Position numbers and translations under genes: made by a program | Part shown: positions 34,381 through 39,250 of the stretch, piece by piece | How the letters are laid out: each line of letters opens with the position of its first letter | How positions within the stretch are numbered: position 1 is the stretch's first letter | Assembly: GCA_028875175.1 (NCBI GenBank) | Contig: JAPPFO010000090.1 | Location: 876-40,125, forward strand | Direction: 5' to 3' | Length of the DNA stretch: 39,250 bases | Origin: Chloroflexota bacterium | GTDB taxonomy: Bacteria > Chloroflexota > UBA11872 | The notes under the pieces: generated by a model | What the model saw: the letters and a program-made list of their open reading frames with translations, nothing else | Told to the model about the DNA's origin: nothing | Databases searched by the model: none

Positions 34381-35967
34381 CTACGGCGCGTCATCGACGA
34401 GCTCGCTCACGAGCGCGTTGAGCCGCTCGCGGAAGGCCGGCGTATTGAATCGCTCGCTCGACTCGCGGGCGCGTCTCGCCATCCCCGCCCGCATATCGAG
34501 GTCTTGCACCAGACGCCACGTCCGCTCGCGCAGTTCATCGGTCGAGGACCAGAGAAAGCCGTCCTCGCCGTCGCGCACCAGTTCCGGCGGCCCACCTTGA
34601 TTCAGCACCACCGGCACAGCTTGATTGGCCATGGCTTCCACCACGGAGATTCCGAAGTGCTCAAACTTGACCGGATTGCGTGCTACACGCTCGCCGTATC
34701 CGGCCGCGTGCCAATAGACCTGGGCTTCAGCGTAAAGGCGCTGCAAGTCCGCGAATGGCGCATCGATGGCGAATTCAATCGGGTGGCCGGCCGCACGCCG
34801 CCGCAACTCGTCCGTATAAGCAAGGTCAATGTCTCGCCGGCTCTGATGGCCCGCCAAACGCAGCGTCCAGCCCTGCAGGCCATCGCGGCACATGCGGATG
34901 AACTGGTCGATCATCACCCCGTGCTTCTTCTCATGCGTGCCTCGAAAAAAGCGGCCCACGCTCAGGATCGTTCGTGTCTTGGCCCGCGCCATGGCCCAGC
35001 TCGTGTCAACCGGAGGGTAGAGCAGCGGCCCGCTGCGCCCCCAGTACACCTCCATCCACGCGCGGCTGTACTCCGAGATCGGACAGATCATGTCGTAGGT
35101 ATCCAGGTGGGCCAGGGAATAGAACGCCGGCAGCCCTTCCAGCCGCAGCCCCAGCTCACGAAACATCCGGCGGAAAAGCAGTTCGTAGAGGAAGTGGCGT
35201 GGGTGACGAACGCGCACGTCCGTGACGGCAAGCCCGACTTCACGGTTGTCGGCCTCGGCAATCCTGTCGGTGGGGTTGAACGTTGGCGACTCCAGCATCA
35301 AGTCAACAAGACCGTCCCGCACAAACTGCCGGTCTACGTCGATCCTCCACGCCTCGAAGGCTCCCGGGCGCGGTGCAAACGAGCGTTTGGCGATCACCGT
35401 ACCGCCCGCCAGACAGCGCACTGGCAGGTCGGCGCCTGGCTGAAAATTCCCGCCCACGATTTCGATCGGGACGGGCTTCCGGCCGCCCGGCACCCGCATC
35501 TTGATACACGCCCGGTCGGTCGCGTACCGAAACCAGCCGCGACCAAGTTCTTGCACGTCGTAGAAGCCGTCGCTCCACTCCGGCAGCAAGAGCTCCCGCG
35601 TCAGGAAGCGCCCGATGGCCTGTCGCATTCGCGCCGGCCAGCTGCGATCGATCGGGGATGGAAAAAGCACCAGCATCAGGCTGTGCCGCGCTGCCGACGG
35701 CTGATTCGTCATGAACGAGGCATTAACGAACAGGTCGTACTCACGCGTGACTTCGGCAAACCTGTTCGGGGGCAAGGCCGGAATCACGCGGATGCCGATC
35801 CCGTCGAGGTCAATGTGGAGCGCCTCGGCCAGCTCGTCGCGCCCAATCGGGCGGTGGGTAATGAGTTCGGTATCGAACCGCTCGGCCAGCACACGGGCGG
35901 CCATTACCGCGTGCCGCTCGCCGCCGCCTTTCTGATGCAGCCAGCGGTTGTAAACCCCCGCTCTCAC
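34381..35967 (-). CDS. GT4-family glycosyltransferase carrying an internal ~120-aa beta-rich insert
   Basis: ORF track 34381..35967. C-terminal FEHFGISVVEAMANQAVPVVLNQGGPPELV...GFLW. Insert at aa ~132-254. GTGA overlap with the upstream GT2 gene. Confidence 0.8.
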   Translation of the reverse strand: MRAGVYNRWLHQKGGGERHAVMAARVLAERFDTELITHRPIGRDELAEALHIDLDGIGIRVIPALPPNRFAEVTREYDLFVNASFMTNQPSAARHSLMLVLFPSPIDRSWPARMRQAIGRFLTRELLLPEWSDGFYDVQELGRGWFRYATDRACIKMRVPGGRKPVPIEIVGGNFQPGADLPVRCLAGGTVIAKRSFAPRPGAFEAWRIDVDRQFVRDGLVDLMLESPTFNPTDRIAEADNREVGLAVTDVRVRHPRHFLYELLFRRMFRELGLRLEGLPAFYSLAHLDTYDMICPISEYSRAWMEVYWGRSGPLLYPPVDTSWAMARAKTRTILSVGRFFRGTHEKKHGVMIDQFIRMCRDGLQGWTLRLAGHQSRRDIDLAYTDELRRRAAGHPIEFAIDAPFADLQRLYAEAQVYWHAAGYGERVARNPVKFEHFGISVVEAMANQAVPVVLNQGGPPELVRDGEDGFLWSSTDELRERTWRLVQDLDMRAGMARRARESSERFNTPAFRERLNALVSELVDDAP

Positions 35968-37325
35968 AACATCTCAATGAACGGATGCAGCTCACGCCCG
36001 TCCAGCGGAGCCAGGCGAGCCTCACGACGCCGACACTGCCACGTGCGCGACCCCACAGTTGCGGCGCTCGTTAGCGCCAACAAGCGCGCAAAGGCCAAAC
36101 GTGCCGCCTCCGCGTTACGCATACCGAGCCCGCGGCGGGCGTCGCCTGCCCCGAATTTCACGGCGGCGGCCGCGTGTTGGGCCACCCACGCCCACGGTGC
36201 GTTCTTGCCCAGCATTCGGAGCTTGCCGAACTCCACATTGCGCACGAACCCTGGGGACCACTCGCGGCTAAGAGCGGCATGTTCATGGCGCACAACCGAG
36301 CTGGGCTCGTACCAAAAGCGCCAGCCACGGCGACGGGCGCGCCAGGCGAGATCGGCATCCTCGTAGTACATGAAGATACCGTCGTCCAGATAGTCCAGCG
36401 CATCCAGCATTGACCGACGGTAGAGAACCGCTGCCCCTTTGGGCGCAAAGATCTCACGAGCCTGGCTGAAGCCCGGCGAGTCCCAGGCCGACCAGGGCAC
36501 GCCTGCCAGCAATTGCGTCCCCCGGTCGCGCATTGAGCCGTCGTCGAGCGGCGCGATGCCCGCACACTCGATAGCCGGCCGCGCCAGGCCAGCCACCAAT
36601 TCGGCCTTGAAATCAAGCTGAACCGTCGTGCGATCACTTCCAATCGGCACCTCGCCCAGCAGATGGTCACCCGCGTGTACGGTGATGGGCACTTTCGCCC
36701 GTCCGTCGCCTGCCGCCACGTCGAGGCGTAGCCACGTCGACGCCCGATCGACGGGTACCGCAAGGGCTGTGCAGCCATCGGTCCAGCGAAACGCCTGGCC
36801 AGACACGTTCAGTTCTACACCATGAGCGCCGCCGGTCACCTCCGCCAACCCGGCCGTCGTCTCCGCGCCAAAGAGTTGGACACCCAGCCGTCGCCGGTCA
36901 GGCGGGGGCGGTTCAAATGTGGCAGTGGTCAGCCTGACGGGAATCCGATCGTGCTGATGCAGCAGCTTGGCCCCTACGCCGCCGGCGATCGGGTCGCCAT
37001 TGAGGCGTGTGACCAGGGGCTCCAGCCAGCCCGGCTCGACCTCCGTGTCTGGATTGAGAAGTCCCACGTAGGGCTCGTCCGCCTCGCGCAATGCCCGATT
37101 GTTGCCGCGCGAGAATCCCAGATTTGCTCCGTTTTCGATCAGCTCTACTTCTGGATACGACTGCTCGATTCGCGCCGGCGATCCATCGCTTGACGCGTTG
37201 TCGACCACCGTTACTCGTAGATCCGAGTAGCGGGTGGCCAGCAATCGCTCAATACATCGCTCGATCCGCCCGGCGCCGTTGTAGTTCAGCACAACGACGC
37301 GGACGGGCGGATAGTCGCTGGTCAT
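35964..37325 (-). CDS. GT2-family glycosyltransferase (WbbL/rhamnosyltransferase-like core) with internal ~125-aa insert
   Basis: ORF track 35964..37325. VRVVVLNYNGAGRIERCIERL, VTVVDNASSDGS, NLGFSRGNN, LLNPDTEV, AAVLYRRSML, FMYYEDADLAWRARRRGW. Insert at aa ~126-250. ATGA overlap with the upstream ABC gene. Confidence 0.85.
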   Translation of the reverse strand: MTSDYPPVRVVVLNYNGAGRIERCIERLLATRYSDLRVTVVDNASSDGSPARIEQSYPEVELIENGANLGFSRGNNRALREADEPYVGLLNPDTEVEPGWLEPLVTRLNGDPIAGGVGAKLLHQHDRIPVRLTTATFEPPPPDRRRLGVQLFGAETTAGLAEVTGGAHGVELNVSGQAFRWTDGCTALAVPVDRASTWLRLDVAAGDGRAKVPITVHAGDHLLGEVPIGSDRTTVQLDFKAELVAGLARPAIECAGIAPLDDGSMRDRGTQLLAGVPWSAWDSPGFSQAREIFAPKGAAVLYRRSMLDALDYLDDGIFMYYEDADLAWRARRRGWRFWYEPSSVVRHEHAALSREWSPGFVRNVEFGKLRMLGKNAPWAWVAQHAAAAVKFGAGDARRGLGMRNAEAARLAFARLLALTSAATVGSRTWQCRRREARLAPLDGRELHPFIEML

Positions 37326-39028
37326 TCCACCCGGATAGAGCGCACGGCAATGCCCAGCGGGCGGGTGTCCGAATCCAGCCCCACTTCGGCCGGCACCAGC
37401 GCGTCGTCAACCTCGATCACCAACTCGTGAGTCTTCGGCGCCGTCACCGGATCCAGCGGAATCACGATGTCCTCGAAGTCCATGCCGTGCAGCCTGAAGG
37501 TGGCGATGTGCCGCCCATCCACGCTGACTCGGCCCTGGGCTTGGGCGCGCCCATGCAGTGGACGACAGGCCGACAGAATCAAGGCGCCCTGGCCAACGTC
37601 CTGACGGAGGTAGGCCACGGAGCGCTCGCTGGTCCAGCGCACTCGAGGCGGCCAGTTTTCCGCCGGGAACCAGCCTTCGCCCAGCCATTCAGCGTCAGGC
37701 GCGCCCATCGCCAGCTTCCCGGGCGGCGGCGTCCAGAACGGACCGGCAGGTTCCGAAAGCATGTCCGGCTGAGCGATCGGCGCCGACGAGGAGCGAAGCT
37801 CATCCGTGGACGGTGCAACGGCTATTCGCCACTGCGACGGCACCACGGCCACGCCGCGCTGGGTGCCCGTCGCCTTCCCCACAAAGAGCGTGATGGCATT
37901 GGGCCACAGGTGGTAGGGATGCAGGCGATCGTCGCCCGGCCACGCGCCCAGCGACAGTTGATAGCTGCCCGGCCCCAGCGGCAGTGGTCCAAGCGAGCAC
38001 TCCACGCGAGTGCGTCCTGGCTGCACGCCGATAGGTCCCCGAGTCGAGGCCGTGGAGGTCTCGTGCATCAGCAAACCGTCGCTGCGACGCACCGCGCAGC
38101 CAACCACCACATCATCGAGATACGCATCTGACTCAAGCTCCATTTGCAGCCGCACAACGCCGCCCGGCAGATAGGCGTAGCTCTCCGTTCCAGTCGCCCC
38201 GTCCGTGGCCACGGCCGCCTGGATGCGAAACGTGTCGCCGCCGAGGTCGGGTGTCGTCTCACTGGGCCCCGTTGGCACCTCCGCTGCTGCGCCCGCCATG
38301 TGCTGTAGGTACTGCTGGATCACGTCGCGCGGGTCCCCCAGAGCGCGGATCTGCCCGCCGTCGATCCAGAGCACCCGGTCGCAGAACCGTCGCACCTGGA
38401 TCGGATCGTGTGACACAAAGACCAACGTGCGCCCACGGGCCTTGATGTCGGCCAGCGCCTCGTAACACTTGGACGTAAAGCGTGCGTCCCCGACCGCCAG
38501 CACTTCGTCGATCAGCAGGATGTCTGGATCAACATTGATGGCGATGGAGAATCCGAGCCGCATAAACATGCCGGACGAGTAGTGGCGAACCGGCGTGTCG
38601 ATAAAGCGTTCCAACTCGGCGAAGGCGACGATGCGGTCGTAGAGCTGCCGCATCTCGTTACGCTCGATACCGAGGAATGAACCGTTCAGGAAAATGTTCT
38701 CGCGACCCGTCAGGTCCGGGTGCATCCCCGCGCCCAGTTCAAGCAGGCCGAAGACCTTGCCGCTCGTCAGGACTTCACCCGCCGTTGCTTCGATCGTGCG
38801 CGCCAACAGCTTCAGAATCGTGGTCTTGCCAGACCCGTTGGGGCCGATGATTCCAAGGGTTTCGCCTTCGGCGACCTGCAGATCAACGCCATCGAGCGCC
38901 CAGAATTCTTCGTGCTCGATCCGTCGTCGGCCAAGCAACGCCAACGCCATGCCCTGCCACGTGCGTGCGGCCTCGTGGCGGATCCTGAAACGCTTGCGGA
39001 TCCCACGAAGTTCAATGGCGGCTGGCAT
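37322..39028 (-). CDS. Wzt/TagH-type polysaccharide-export ABC transporter ATP-binding protein with two-part C-terminal extension
   Basis: ORF track 37322..39028. Walker A GPNGSGKTT, signature YSSGM, Walker B ILLIDEVLAVGD, H-loop FVSHD. These are followed by a Wzt_C-like beta-sandwich (FRIQAAV...GPGSYQLSLGA...ITLFV) and a further ~120-aa module. First gene of the minus-strand array. Confidence 0.85.
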   Translation of the reverse strand: MPAAIELRGIRKRFRIRHEAARTWQGMALALLGRRRIEHEEFWALDGVDLQVAEGETLGIIGPNGSGKTTILKLLARTIEATAGEVLTSGKVFGLLELGAGMHPDLTGRENIFLNGSFLGIERNEMRQLYDRIVAFAELERFIDTPVRHYSSGMFMRLGFSIAINVDPDILLIDEVLAVGDARFTSKCYEALADIKARGRTLVFVSHDPIQVRRFCDRVLWIDGGQIRALGDPRDVIQQYLQHMAGAAAEVPTGPSETTPDLGGDTFRIQAAVATDGATGTESYAYLPGGVVRLQMELESDAYLDDVVVGCAVRRSDGLLMHETSTASTRGPIGVQPGRTRVECSLGPLPLGPGSYQLSLGAWPGDDRLHPYHLWPNAITLFVGKATGTQRGVAVVPSQWRIAVAPSTDELRSSSAPIAQPDMLSEPAGPFWTPPPGKLAMGAPDAEWLGEGWFPAENWPPRVRWTSERSVAYLRQDVGQGALILSACRPLHGRAQAQGRVSVDGRHIATFRLHGMDFEDIVIPLDPVTAPKTHELVIEVDDALVPAEVGLDSDTRPLGIAVRSIRVE

Positions 39029-39118
39029 CTAAGACCTGATTTCCCCGAGTGGACCTAGACTAGCCAGGTGCCGAGAGTGATCGGCCTGCGACCATCCACC
39101 GACTGAGGGGCACGGGAG

Positions 39119-39250
39119 ATGAGGCTGAGTTTCGAAACGAAGGAGATCGGTGCGCAGCCCATGCTGGCCATCCGAACGACGAGCCCGATGGACAAGCTCG
39201 AAGAGCTGCTGGGGTCGTTGTTTGGCGAGGTCTACGGGTACATCCAGGAG
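39119..39250 (+). CDS. Partial (5' end only) GyrI-like / effector-binding-domain protein
   Basis: My own translation from ATG 39119 to the window end: MRLSFETKEIGAQPMLAIRTTSPMDKLEELLGSLFGEVYGYIQE. It resembles the N-terminal beta-alpha unit of GyrI-like small-molecule-binding domains. An in-frame stop at 39104 excludes a longer N-terminus. Truncated by the window. Confidence 0.45.
   Translation, partial: MRLSFETKEIGAQPMLAIRTTSPMDKLEELLGSLFGEVYGYIQE

Noticed and set aside
34504-36366. 620-aa plus-strand ORF spanning two minus-strand transferase genes
   Set aside because: It is the longest shadow ORF in the window. It crosses a gene boundary of well-supported genes, has an extreme Arg/Pro/Ala bias and no domain-like pattern.
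1-39250. Search for CRISPR arrays, tRNA/rRNA genes, IS elements, integrases, toxin-antitoxin pairs or defence-system hallmarks
   Set aside because: I noticed no regularly spaced direct repeats, no cloverleaf-like or rRNA-like non-coding stretch (all gaps are under 100 nt), and no transposase, integrase, nuclease or helicase-type motifs in any protein-like ORF. The window reads as biosynthetic, not as a mobile or defence island.

Overview
GC-rich bacterial contig fragment: third codon positions are almost all G/C, and long off-frame or antisense shadow ORFs are everywhere. I recognised no rRNA, tRNA, CRISPR array, transposase or integrase. All family calls come from motif recognition by eye; no database search was run. 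The window has two blocks. (1) Bases ~200-9400 are a compact redox/tailoring island. It holds five Gfo/Idh/MocA-family oxidoreductase paralogues (three in direct tandem) and a stand-alone LanC-like protein with intact His/Cys/Cys-His motifs that is translationally coupled to one of them. Diverging from that pair is an operon of a class-III (omega-type) PLP aminotransferase, a class-I SAM methyltransferase and a degenerate fifth oxidoreductase. (2) Bases 9487-39028 are one uninterrupted minus-strand array of 23 genes, many joined by 4-nt GTGA/ATGA start/stop overlaps, for envelope glycan assembly. It encodes an initiating polyprenyl-phosphate glycosylphosphotransferase, ten GT4-type, one CgeB-type and one GT2 glycosyltransferase, an SDR epimerase/dehydratase, a methyltransferase and a hexapeptide acetyltransferase. 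It also encodes a Wzx-type flippase, a Wzt/TagH-type ABC ATPase with a two-part C-terminal extension but no permease gene, two very large polytopic membrane proteins (YfhO-like 875 aa, GT-C-like 752 aa), an uncharacterised alpha-toroid-like protein, and a radical-SAM/SPASM enzyme coupled to a Trm112-like mini-protein. The four most interesting observations are these. (a) A ~120-aa beta-rich module recurs in three adjacent proteins: the ABC ATPase C-terminus and internal inserts in a GT2 and a GT4. (b) The radical-SAM/Trm112-like pair sits inside the glycan operon. (c) The orphan LanC-like protein is wired to sugar-type oxidoreductases with no lanthipeptide machinery. (d) The locus mixes export logic (Wzx plus orphan Wzt, no Wzy/Wzz/Wzm seen). 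The first ~90 bases are C/G homopolymer and look like a contig-end artefact. A partial GyrI-like gene starts at the 3' edge.
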